NCBI RefSeq assembly: GCF_002571385.2
Contig: NW_019217820.1
Span: forward strand, 637,187 to 701,186
Length of the DNA: 64,000 nt
DNA from: Stylophora pistillata
Lineage: Eukaryota
Reading direction: 5' to 3'
Shown one piece after another: positions 25,101 through 34,776 of this stretch (position 1 is its first letter; the number at the start of each line of letters is the position of its first letter). A program made the position numbers and the translations under genes. The notes under the pieces were generated by a model that made no database searches, was not told the origin of the DNA, and saw nothing but the letters and a program-made list of their open reading frames with translations.

Positions 25101-28100
25101 AACTACCTGAAGCCCCGGGAAATACGAGTGATACATCGTTATTGGTTTAAGTTTTGCTTCTGATTGGCTGATTGAGGATGGCGCAAGCTTTCTTGACCAA
25201 TCGTGGAGCAAAATAAAGCAAGGCTAATATAGTTGCGGATTACTTTTTTTAGACTCGATGAAAAATTTCACTGACAGACAAACACAGTTGCTCTTATCGC
25301 TCGAACCTTTAAGGGACGTCAAAAAAAATTTCCAAGGAATCAAGTTATCAGGGTTAATTGAATGATCATATTTTCTTGTTTTGTTTCTTAGTGGATGGAG
25401 GGAATGCTGTTAGTAAGATAATATTCTTGAAAGCAAGAGCAATGAAGAAAGACGCCGCCACTCTGGTGGCCAGTGGACCACAAGGTATTACTTTTCATCG
25501 TAAGGACCAAGTTGATATCTTCCGTTGTAATGTAATTTTGCTGAACGCGTAGTTGTTAAGAAACGTTACACAACCATTTGATGTAATAACAAACAAGGCA
25601 TCTCTTTTAGAGTTTCTGCTATTTTTCGATTCGTATGTTAGACGTTAATTGTCGACTTTATACTCTGTTTGGCAGAAGAGGACACGCAAAAATAGTTTAA
25701 TGTGACAGACGATGCGTTCACTCATTTTTACTTTTCGTCGTATCGCACTAGTACAACGGTGTACGCATCGAAACAAGTAATTTTGTTAACTTGAGTTAAG
25801 TTTAATGAGGGAGGAGTTAAATCATGTTCGAGGTCATTAAAAGAATGATTTATCCTAATCTCCCAGAGTAGTGTACTTATCATCCACAGAGGCGCCAGAC
25901 TTTGTCTGCAGCACAGCATTCGAAGGCAACTTCAAGTCTGAAATTGAAACTTGATTAATGTGGTGTCGCGCAAAACTTGGTTATTTACGTTTTTGTTTGG
26001 CAAAGGATGGCAAGGAAATGTAAAATGTTTTAATGTATACCTTCAAAGCTATCGATCTGCTCAATTTCATATTTTGTTTCGCTACGTTTTCATGGCTGTC
26101 TCCTTGACATTTTTTTTTGCCGAGTAATGGGAAGCCTTACCAGACCTGCCTTACACCGAGTCTCTATTTAAGAAAACTAACTTTTCCGCAGATTGTGGGC
26201 TGCTAGTATAAAAAGGCGCTTCTGAAAAGCTTTTGTTTTATGCTCTACTAACATTGCCAGTATTGTTCCTTAGGACTGATTCACTTTTGGAATATTTACA
26301 CTGGTGGCACACTTTACGCTACGTTTTCTCCGGTAAGCGATTGTTTTGGTTAAATTGGGAACTTAGTCACAATGGGATGCGGGTAGCCCGCGGGCAGCCC
26401 TCATTATTAGGGCCTGGGTACGAGCATTTCTTCGCTCGCGCAAAAATCTGAGGCTTTGAGCAACCCAAGCCCGCGAGAGGTCTGTAAGGCGGTCTGGCAC
26501 TGATTATTAGTGCCAGACCCCCGGTAAACCTCTCTCCAACTCGTCTTAAATCTTCCTGCGGGCGGAAAAACGCGCGATCTGCAGCGACAATAATGAGGGA
26601 AACCTGACAATCTTTTAAAGGGGGGAGATAAATTGTAAAAGAGTAGAATTCTACTCAAGGGGAGTTGCAATACTCCTGGTTGCTTCATGATATGCAAATC
26701 GGGATTAGCTCCGACGGCGTGGACCATGTAACCCTATTTTCAGACATGCACATTACAAATGCTCATTGTGCTTATTTCTTTTATTTCTTCACAGTCCAAG
26801 CATGGTGTTACCACTTTGACTTCGGTTTCAAACGATACCAAACTCATTACTGCGGATTCAGCAGGTTGGTCGATTGTTTGTTTATTATTGTTGTTCTTGT
26901 TGGGCTTAACTTATTCTGTCGTGGTAGCTAAATTTAATTTTTGTTTGACACGCGTTGTACGTAGGGGATATTACATGCCCGTGCGTGTGGCGTTGCGCAC
27001 GTTCTTCTGGTATTTATCACGTCTCACTTGTTCACTCCGCTTATTTGTAACCGACAACTTGAACTTGAGGGGTGGGTGGGGGAATCAAAACGGCAGCCAA
27101 CAATCTTGGTATATTGGAGGCGCAGAATGCGTTCTCTTGCGAAATATGATGAAAAAGGTGGGGTTTTTTTTTTTTCGTTGTTTTGTTTGCAACATCACTT
27201 TCACTGTCGCCCAAGTGACAAATCGTTTTTACCTTACCTAGCTTAGAAATTGAAAATTGAGAGTTTCAAACCTTGTTAACGTTCAAAATGTTCTTGGGGT
27301 TGATTTTCTTCAGGTTTCATCTCAGTCTGGAATGTAGAGGATTACGGTATAAGAGGAAAAACAGCTAAACCCCCAGAACGTGAGTGGAACGCAGTTATTC
27401 TCTGATTAGTTGCAAGCTAGGGCACTTGGTCGCAACTGATAGTTTGTGTTGTTTAATTGTGCCCACACAGAGTTAACTATGTGAAAAAAGTCCGCATAAT
27501 GTGAGTCGCTAGAAAGCAAGTTTTCAAGTCGACTTTCAGCAAAGCTCTGTTATTTCCTTTGCTTCCATCTGAAGCGAGTGCGACAGTGACGCATTCATGT
27601 GGGTGGAGACCTCTCGTTTTTTCCAATGTTTCTTCTCACTATGGGTTAGTTTACATCTGATTAACATGAGCAGATGGCGGATTTTGCTGTTTGGCAACAG
27701 CCCGTTGGAGAATGAAATCGTCATCTTCTCCCAAACGAGAGGGGTTACCAATCATTTTCCTTACTTTTTTCCATACTTTCTTTTTTCTTCATTTCTTCGC
27801 CGTTGATTAAGCAAGTGCTCGGTTGTAAAATTATATTAAGGAAATAACGTGTTTTTACTGTGGAGTGTTATTAATCGCGAAGGAGTATGTGGACCTTCCT
27901 CCTTGTATACTTCTCAAAATTGGATGGTTCTTTTCAAGTGAAGAGTAATGCTATCTCTGTTTTTGTAGGTCTGTTCTTTTGGCGTGCACATGTGCAAAGC
28001 ATCACCAGGTAAGCAACTTTCCCTTTTTCTTCTATCAGCATTTAGAAATGGAAAACAATTCCTTGGTTTAAGGCGTCTGTGGACAGAGAAAATCTCAATT

Positions 28101-31100
28101 CATATCTTCTCCAAGGCAATTCCGATGGAAATAGTTGACAAGTTTCTCCGTCACAAGTTCTTTTGTCCAACAACTGATCATTGAGCTACTTTTTAACCCT
28201 TTCACCACCTCCATCTAACATTAATTCTTCTCACTGTCGGTGTAACATTTTTTTCACAATCATAGCTCTGAGAAATTGATATTGAATTTAACAATATGCT
28301 CCAGTTGATTGATTTTGTTTTCTTCCTTCTCTCGTATCTAATGTCAAATGCATCGACATTGTAAAGGGAAGTTCTCTTTCGGTCTCCCTTGAGAGTGGAA
28401 AGGCTCAACAAGGAGGCTTCTCGTGTAAAATCTTTTCTGAGAAAAAATTTTGAGGGAAAGAATTAACAAGAAAAACTAAGTATTGACGGGAAATTGTAGG
28501 CACAAATATCATGGATTAGTTTTCTTTGTCTTGGTAAATAGTAGACAGATAAACATGTTTTATTTGAAACATTTCAGCCTTGAAGCACTAGAAATATGGA
28601 ATGTTGACGTCTTAATGACAGCGTCTGTTGACTGCACTGTCAGACTGTGGACTATGGATGGACATTTTATTGGTATGTTTTGTTTCGTTCCATTTTAACA
28701 AAGAAGGTTCTTTATCTTCAAAACACACCTAGCATCCCAACTCGTTCAGAAACGAATTCTTCTCTACAGAATGTGTCGGCTTGATGATGACAGATGCTGG
28801 GATCTCCTTGCAGTTGTATTCGAAACTGGCTCTTCTACGTTCATCGCAGTTAGAAAGATTTAAATAATTTAAGTCAGAAAGTTTGGGTAATGACAAGAGA
28901 AATGAATTTGCCATTTGTGTTGTTAGGTACTCTAGGTCAGCCCAAAATATGGGACATAACAAATCCTGCGTCTTACCAACATCCAATGGCTCCTTATGAT
29001 GTGCTGGTGGATCCCCAAACTGTACCTAATGTCCCCAAAATAAACCATCCTGACGAACTCGCTTCAAAAGATGACTACAAAGAATTAGACAAAGCAAATG
29101 AGGTCAGTGTGTAATACGAATTTTGGCCAAGTTTCAAATTTTTTGTCAGCTGTTTTGTCTGTTTCTTTTTTTTCCCCTTAACACAAACCACCTTGAAAAT
29201 CCAGCCCACCAGACGGCTCTCCCAAAGTTCCTTTCCTTCCTTGAGCACCCATTTTTGGAAGAGAGGCGTCTGGGTACAAGGCAATGAAAAAGCCAGAGCT
29301 CTGTCTTTGTCCTTCGCGGTCCGCGCTCGTCTTTAAACATTAATTCACTAAAGACTGCATATGACAAACTTGAAGAATATGAGCTCAATATTTTAAGATC
29401 CACGTTATGCTTGATTACTCCTCTCAATACGAAGAGTATTCCCAGTTGAAACCTTATTTTTCTTCCTTGTAGTTGGATTCTCAGTCTGTACCGTATTTCT
29501 CCAGTTCTCATGGGAAAGATCCGCTGGTGTAAGTAAATGTTAATCATAGCCAAAGTTTTAAGAGATCCTTGTTCAAAAACTGACTGAGAATGAGAACTAA
29601 ATAAGATGGAGTTTTGTTTGCAAGCGCCCAATTAACCTCTCTTGGTTTGGCAATCGTATTAAGTTCCACCCTAGCAGATGTTTTGGCTAAGGAAGTATTA
29701 TTTTGAATGGGGAACCAGCTATACCCTTCCCCCAGTCACCAAATCGCCTGTCAGACCGTTATTTCTCCGATTATGTGCATCATCAACTTAAAAGGACAAT
29801 TTTTATCAATTGAATGTTGAAAATAATCGGAGATTGCTTTGGTTTTGCTTCAGATTGAGTGTGATTGATTCAGAAAACTCTCCCCACTTCCTCAACCAAC
29901 CAGATTTCAAACCTTAAACCAATGTCGATGTGTTGACTCGTTTCCTATGCTATGAGCATTTCGTTTGTTCATACTTTGAATTCTCATTGGCTTTTTGTGT
30001 GTCTTCTTGGCTTTTTCCTGTCTTCTAATTAGCTGTTGTTAGCTTTACAACACTCGATCGTAATGTGCTTTGTGTTCAATACATACTATTGGGACCTTGT
30101 TCTACCTTGCTTTGGGGGTAGGGGCTCGGATGAATTTGCAGTAATTCTGTAGTATTTGAACGATCCTCCTCATTGTCATTCAATTTTCTATGGCCCCCCT
30201 CTATACTCTGTTGGCGTCGACTAATACCCCATCCGTTATCCCTGACCCCCCCTCCCCCCGCCTTGATAACTAATGACGGTAGGGGCTCGGATGAATTTGC
30301 AGTAATTCTGTAGTATTTGAACGATCCTCCTCATTGTCATTCAATTTTCTATGGCCCCCCTCTATACTCTGTTGGCGTCGACTGATACCCCATCCGTTAT
30401 CCCTGACCCCCCCCCTCCCCCCGCCTTGATAACTAATGACGGTAGGGGCTCGGATGAATTTGCAGTAATTCTGTAGTATTTGAACGATCCTCCTCATTGT
30501 CATTCAATTTTCTATGGCCCCCCTCTATACTCTGTTGGCGTCGACTNNNNNNNNNNNNNNNNNNNNNNNNNNNNNNNNNNNNNNNNNNNNNNNNNNNNNN
30601 NNNNNNNNNNNNNNNNNNNNNNNNNNNNNNNNNNNNNNNNNNNNNNNNNNNNNNNNNNNNNNNNNNNNNNNNNNNNNNNNNNNNNNNNNNNNNNNNNNNN
30701 NNNNNNNNNNNNNNNNNNNNNNNNNNNNNNNNNNNNNNNNNNNNNNNNNNNNNNNNNNNNNNNNNNNNNNNNNNNNNNNNNNNNNNNNNNNNNNNNNNNN
30801 NNNNNNNNNNNNNNNNNNNNNNNNNNNNNNNNNNNNNNNNNNNNNNNNNNNNNNNNNNNNNNNNNNNNNNNNNNNNNNNNNNNNNNNNNNNNNNNNNNNN
30901 NNNNNNNNNNNNNNNNNNNNNNNNNNNNNNNNNNNNNNNNNNNNNNNNNNNNNNNNNNNNNNNNNNNNNNNNNNNNNNNNNNNNNNNNNNNNNNNNNNNN
31001 NNNNNNNNNNNNNNNNNNNNNNNNNNNNNNNNNNNNNNNNNNNNNNNNNNNNNNNNNNNNNNNNNNNNNNNNNNNNNNNNNNNNNNNNNNNNNNNNNNNN

Positions 31101-31889
31101 NNNNNNNNNNNNNNNNNNNNNNNNNNNNNNNNNNNNNNNNNNNNNNNNNNNNNNNGGGCTCGAGCAAACTTGCTGAGCGAGGGGTACCAGAAGTCTTGGA
31201 TCACAATGGCTTCGTTGACTCCAACTTCAAGTAACTTCAACGGCTACTCCAATAGAACTAACTTGGAAGTTGATACCACACTTGTGCTTTATGCAAGATG
31301 TTGGTATGCACATATGACGGTGTGGTAAACAGTTTGAATCACTAAAGGCTTAAACTTTATTGATAACCTCCGTAGTTGGAAAACACTCACGAATGTCAAC
31401 CACACGCTGATAAAACGGCTCGATGTCTTCTGCAAATAAAACAATGATAATTATAAAAGCATCCCGTTCAAGAATGGATCAACGAGAGCCACAAAACATC
31501 ATTGTTAATTTAAGCTATTCAACAAAGCTTTCCATCACTAGCATTTATTTTTTACCGGTCTTATTTTTTTGATATGATCGAGGATGTCACATGACAGGTT
31601 CACACGAGGGACTTTTTCACGCGTTTTGAAATTTCCAAATTTTTTGCATGACCAGGGGGTCACTGCCCCTTTTCAATTTCGTGTACGTGGAAATGGCAAT
31701 GGAAAAATCCAATTGAGTGTTCCTTCTCGTTGCAGATTGCGTCATGAAAGGCTGAAGAAAGTTCCTAGAGATGTTGGCGGACCAAGTGCTTATCAAACTC
31801 TGACGTGCTTTGAACTAGAAGACACGCCTGCTCTCCCCAACCCTCCCTCGTCTTCGTCTATCGACGACCCATTTGATATCAGAACATAA
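2707..31889 (+). CDS. EF-hand + WD40-repeat protein, WDR49(CFAP337)/WDR64/WDR95/WDY family; 35 exons, 5' end not found in window
   Basis: Hand-spliced GT-AG exons in consistent phase: 2707-2760, 2932-3015, 4261-4326, 5637-5705, 6912-7028, 8059-8121, 8898-8980, 9910-10002, 10518-10563, 10666-10712, 11221-11274, 12331-12369, 14151-14251, 15030-15224, 16555-16597, 17547-17652, 18348-18423, 19681-19759, 20026-20125, 20524-20630, 21219-21298, 21847-21901, 22779-22824, 23295-23354, 24183-24263, 24735-24831, 25392-25484, 26274-26332, 26795-26864, 27314-27379, 27969-28008, 28578-28672, 28927-29102, 29473-29528, 31736-31889 (TAA). Total 2850 nt with no internal stop. EF-hands: EADSDGNGTLDLDEF and KIDSSSDGEINWDEF. 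WD40 segments: WKVHEDWVSQ, FKVYKGVKTFDF..TGGMDRLVRMWNPY, LRGHTAPIF..STDKTVKVWD, LITGGRDGRLRIWNYNNG, GHKEDIL..ATSSYDGEIIIWN, MTASVDCTVRLWT. The family call is from recalled architecture; the exact ortholog is unresolved. The join between the last two exons spans an N-gap and is less certain. Confidence 0.88.
3226..3650. repeat. 35-bp minisatellite, ~12 copies
   Basis: Unit CTTGATTCTCAATTCACAATCCTTAAGCTTCAGGC repeats at a 35-nt period. It is interrupted by a single N and a short foreign stretch at 3481-3491. Confidence 0.95.
5861..6051. mobile_element. Small MITE with CAGGG termini
   Basis: Perfect 14-bp TIR CAGGGATTTCATTA / TAATGAAATCCCTG; TSD not clear. Confidence 0.65.
7301..7560. mobile_element. 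Second copy of the fold-back Penelope-like hammerhead element
   Basis: Same family as 1633-1882. HHR motifs: GCT-CTGACGA-AGGGCTAACACTC-AAAATGTC-AGC (7464-7497, +) and CTGACAA-AGGGCTAACGCTC-GAAACGTC-AGC (7421-7451, -). A 15-bp direct repeat CTTGGTTACTCATGG flanks it at 7286-7300 and 7557-7571. Confidence 0.8.
7784..7879. mobile_element. 96-bp palindromic MITE with 9-bp TSD (Academ-H/MuDR-like)
   Basis: Near-perfect hairpin AGTCTCCTCTCGCAGCCGTTCTTTGTCT...AGACAAAGAACGGCTGGGAGAGGAGACT. ATGAAGAAG is duplicated at 7775-7783 and 7880-7888. The superfamily assignment is inference from TSD length. Confidence 0.8.
11505..11868. mobile_element. PIF/Harbinger-type MITE
   Basis: TIRs GGCCCTCTTTACAAGCA / TGCTTGTAAACAGGGCC, internal GGGTAACCC/GGGTTACCC repeats, and a TTA target duplication at 11502-11504 and 11869-11871. 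Confidence 0.85.
11872..12020 (+). mobile_element. Penelope-like pLTR fragment with decayed hammerhead motif (continues 5' of the MITE at ~11400-11504)
   Basis: TGACT-CTGATG(catg)A-TGAC...GTC-GAAAGGTT-AGTCA at 11901-11953. Stem I (TGACT/AGTCA) and stem II (GAC/GTC) are retained but the core is disrupted. Confidence 0.6.
12405..13925. mobile_element. Non-autonomous DNA transposon with ~150-bp TIRs and 7-bp TSD (P-superfamily-like), spanning an assembly gap
   Basis: The left end CACAGGTTTACCATCTTAA...AAAATCAGCTCCG is the reverse complement of the right end CGGAGCTGATTTT...TTAAGATGGTAAGCCTGTG. GTATCAC is duplicated at 12398-12404 and 13926-13932. CANRG termini. Confidence 0.8.
12998..13509. other. 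Assembly gap (N)
   Basis: Run of N. Confidence 1.
15300..15460. repeat. Interspersed GATTGG/CCAATCA repeat family (other copies ~17740-18260, 24985-25260, 29800-30060, 49930-50050)
   Basis: Recurrent motifs GTCGAAAGTAATCCG..GCTTTGG..GATTGG..GAAAACTC..AACCAAT.AGAT occur in both orientations across several introns. Confidence 0.55.
15437..15728. repeat. 61-bp tandem repeat, ~4.8 copies
   Basis: Unit TTTCCCGCGCTTTTAGTAGTTTGCGTAAGTCCTCATTGGTTAGTTATGGTTATAGTTATAG, amplified inside a copy of the interspersed GATTGG/CCAATC repeat family. Confidence 0.95.
15907..16341. mobile_element. Head-to-head fold-back element with two tRNA(Thr)-like heads
   Basis: tRNA-like units at 16195-16267 (+) and 16033-16105 (-), each with box A TAGCTCAATTGG, box B GTTCGAATCC and anticodon loop CT-AGT-AT. 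Arms at ~15953-16120 and ~16180-16341. A 13-bp direct repeat TATGATTTAAATC flanks it at 15894-15906 and 16339-16351. Confidence 0.85.
17073..17245 (+). mobile_element. Degenerate tRNA-derived repeat
   Basis: Box-B-like GGGTTCGATTCC at ~17179 within GAAATCCGAAGGTCTTGGGTTCGATTCCTCATG; no intact cloverleaf. Confidence 0.45.
18500..19014 (+). mobile_element. tRNA-derived SINE with LINE-like (TTA)n tail and internal duplication
   Basis: Box A TAGCTCAATGG and box B GGTTCGAGCCC. The central TCTTCTCGGATAGGGACGAATAAATGGAGGTCCCGTCTC resembles a Deu/Nin-type domain from memory. Tail AAATAAAGGTTATTATTATT. A ~90-bp segment is duplicated at 18682-18772 and 18842-18932. Confidence 0.75.
19153..19628. mobile_element. 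Degenerate MITE-like element
   Basis: Imperfect TIRs GGTCATTATTTATCAC / GTGATAGATATGACT with G/C-run-rich subtermini. The same terminal motif ends the 162-bp unit at 30117. Confidence 0.4.
22053..22620. mobile_element. Non-coding element with 5' hairpin and internal complement of both termini
   Basis: Hairpin at 22053-22192 (CTTATTAGACGTG...ACGTCTAATAAG), followed by TTATTATCCAAC, which is complementary to the right end GTTGGATAACAATA. A second, internally deleted copy lies at 48261-48503. Confidence 0.75.
24298..24443. mobile_element. Degenerate MITE with TATCCA/TGGATA subterminal repeats (also fragment at ~25-120)
   Basis: GGATAACGCTATCCAACGGATAAATCACTATCTAGTGGATAAG matches GGACAATGCTATCCACTGGATAAATTACTATCCAG at the window start. 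GG.CC-type ends. Confidence 0.55.
30117..30546. repeat. ~162-bp tandem repeat (>=2.7 copies) running into an N-gap
   Basis: Units start at 30117, 30278 and 30441 (GGTAGGGGCTCGGATGAATTTGCAG...GATAACTAATGAC) and are nearly identical. Confidence 0.93.
30547..31155. other. Assembly gap (N)
   Basis: Run of N. Confidence 1.
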
Positions 31890-33982
31890 ACAATTTACAA
31901 AGCGAGAAGTGACCAGCTTGTATCTGACTGCAATGTAGGGGATTAACATTTTTGGCTATTTTTTCTAAAATAGAATGGTTGGTCTTTTTATTGCAATGAA
32001 AATATGAGAAACTCATCTTTAAATTTTCTAAGTATCTGCTTTTTTGTCATTTAAAATTTTGTGTCCCAAATACGACCCAAATCTTTGTACATCTAGAAAT
32101 TGATAGTATTTATTTTGACAAATTGCATGCAAATCCGCGTAACTACGTACACAATATCTTGTTAGAGACTCGCATAACTGAAAGCTTTGTGGACGCAAGT
32201 ACTTTCAGTCAACGTGACTCTGACGTTTAAATCGAGTTCTCGACTCACGTCACGTTATTTTATTGTGCCGTTATACGTGTATCAGTAGTCAAATTACTTC
32301 CTCGTTCAAATTTTGTTGTCATGACTGTCTTAAAGAATTTTAACTTAAAACTCTCCACAATTGAAAATACTGACAACGCTTGCACAAGAGAACAAATATA
32401 ATACATTAGGATTCGCAGTCCATAGAAGCAGTGTGAAGTGCATTTTGCGAATTTTTATTTAAATGCATGCACAATACTGCCCAGATGCTCGTAATTTATA
32501 GGTAAACAGTACTCGAGTGTGAAGTGTGAAGTTTGACGAAATTTCCAAGATTGTTAAATGGGATAACAATATTAATTTGAATTTTTGAAAATTGCCCGAT
32601 TAAGCTTAGCGTGTAAAATTTTAAACCAGGTAGCTCAGAATCTGCAGGGGTTTTTATCTATTTTGAGCGTATATATTATCTTTGTTTCTATATTCACGGG
32701 CACGATAGTATTTATAATAAGTAATTTTAATAAGAATAAATGCGATGAATCGCTGGACGGGAAGCGTACTGTAAATAAGTAAATCAGGGAATATTCCGAG
32801 CTGTAACTCTATCCGCAAAACTTGTAAAATTTGAAAAAAAATATTAAATTCCTATCAATAAAGTGACTCAAATTTTTTCGGTCTACTTTGACCTAGATAT
32901 TCCATTCCTGCTTGCAGTGAAATTTCTTTAATATATCTCGTTCGTGATTGGTCAATGGCGAATGCAATATTGGGTTTCCGTGTATATTGCACTTTTTCGA
33001 GTGAAAATTACGCTCTTGGAGATAGATAAGAAATGTTGATTTTTGAAATAATTCGAAAAACACAACAAGCTTGTTTTTCTGTCACAAACGTTGCATAAAG
33101 TAATGTACTCAAAGAAACATACGAGCGTTTTCTAAGCTGTTGAAAGGTATTTCGAGGCACGTGCGCCGAGGATGTACTAAAGAACTTTGGTAAGTGATTA
33201 CCTTTGGATGATATTAATAATAATTTCAAAATCGCATGAAGTGTGCGTGCAATTTCAACTGATTTATGGTCACTCGTGAAGGTTTAAAAATTTTTCAAAT
33301 GGTCCATACAACCGTCTCGGGCAATGATGAAAAACAGCGCTCATGTCCATAGATCGTGAATCCACAGGTAGTGGACGCAATTTTGTACACTAATCTCACT
33401 GCCAGTCGATTGGGAACTAAGGCGCACCCGTACCTTCACTGATCCACGAGCAAGTTGGGAAAAAGTGTCTTGTTTTCAGTGTCAGAGGAAGAGGGTTAAA
33501 CTCTTCCTTATCTGGTCTCTTAATTCCCTTGCCTTTGAGTATCACAACTGCCGCCCTTTTGATATGTTGCGCTAGTCGTTTGAATTAAACGTTTTCTTGG
33601 CCCAATATAATTTTAAATAAACTACCTCGGAACTTTTCGTTTTGTCTGAAGACCGAAGTTCGTTGAACGCAAGTCAAAGAGCTTTCAGGCCGGCTAGCCA
33701 GCACAGCATGAGTTCATTTATTGTTTTTAGGCATCTCTTGTTTGTTCACGTAACTTCCAATTCGCTGAAAAAGAGACCTGGTTCTCGGCCAAGTTGCTGT
33801 TTGGGTACAGCAAGATTTTAATGGTGTCATAGACTGAAGACAACTCAGTTCTAATCTGCTCCTTCAATCAAGTTCATTGTTATCTTCCATTCTGATTGTT
33901 CATTGCAGCTTAGTCTATTTTTACATTTGTTTCCTGGCAGTCTATAAATAGCCGAAAATTCAGGTTTGCACCAGTTTGCACC

Positions 33983-34024
33983 AAACTGAAGATGGCTGTT
34001 TCAGTCATGCTGAAACATGTCTTT
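33983..34024 (+). ncRNA. Candidate minimal type I hammerhead ribozyme upstream of ERC
   Basis: AAA-CTGAAGA-TGGCTGTTTCAGTCATGCT-GAAAC-AT-GTC-TTT. Core boxes are intact, stem III is palindromic (ACATGT), stem I is AAA/TTT, and stem II is imperfect. Confidence 0.45.
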
Positions 34025-34776
34025 AAAAATTGCCTCGTGCTTTTCTAATGACTAGTTACTAAACAGCAAGGAATTAATTAACCTTGGTGTATTTGGAAAC
34101 TTATTCGAAAGCATTTTGGGCCATTTAAACCTTGTCTCGAGAAATTCTGTAGAGGTATCGTAGAACACAAGGCGGCAGCTAAAAAGAAAGAGAATAATGC
34201 GTTACTCGTCTTCGCGTGACTACCTCCAAATTTGGGTATCTATTAACCGCTGAAAATTTGTCTGGGCTTAGTGATCCGTGGGCGACTCTATGAGCACTTA
34301 TTATGTTGACGAAAACTTCCCATTCGCTTCATTGGGTTACGAACTAGGCATTTTTGTTAGAGATTTTCGTTCTGTGGTAAAACGAAGATAATTTCACGTC
34401 TTATTCGAGCGACAGTGAAGTTCAGCCATCGAATTCGCTAGGTCTCCCTCGACAACGGCAGTTAAATGAACCGTCGAAATTGACATTATTGACGATGCAG
34501 ATATTGGGACCCTTTTTATTCTGAGCTTAATTCGTCAATTGCTCGCTGTAATTGCTGCTTCGTCCCACTGGATTAGCTGAAAAAACACTATACAGCACCG
34601 CGAGCGGATCTTTCGTCTTTGACGTAAGACTGGTTCTACATTGTCTGAATATCAAGACCCATGTGAGTTCACCTCTCGACAGATATTATTGAGAGAAGTC
34701 CGTCACTTAGATTGGTTTTTGTGGCAGACCAGTATTGCGCCGTTAGCGGGGTTTATATATCACCGATTAGTCTAAG

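Noticed and set aside
30433-31328. Long ORFs of 220-282 aa in the ORF track
   Set aside because: Artefacts of translating through the N-gap.
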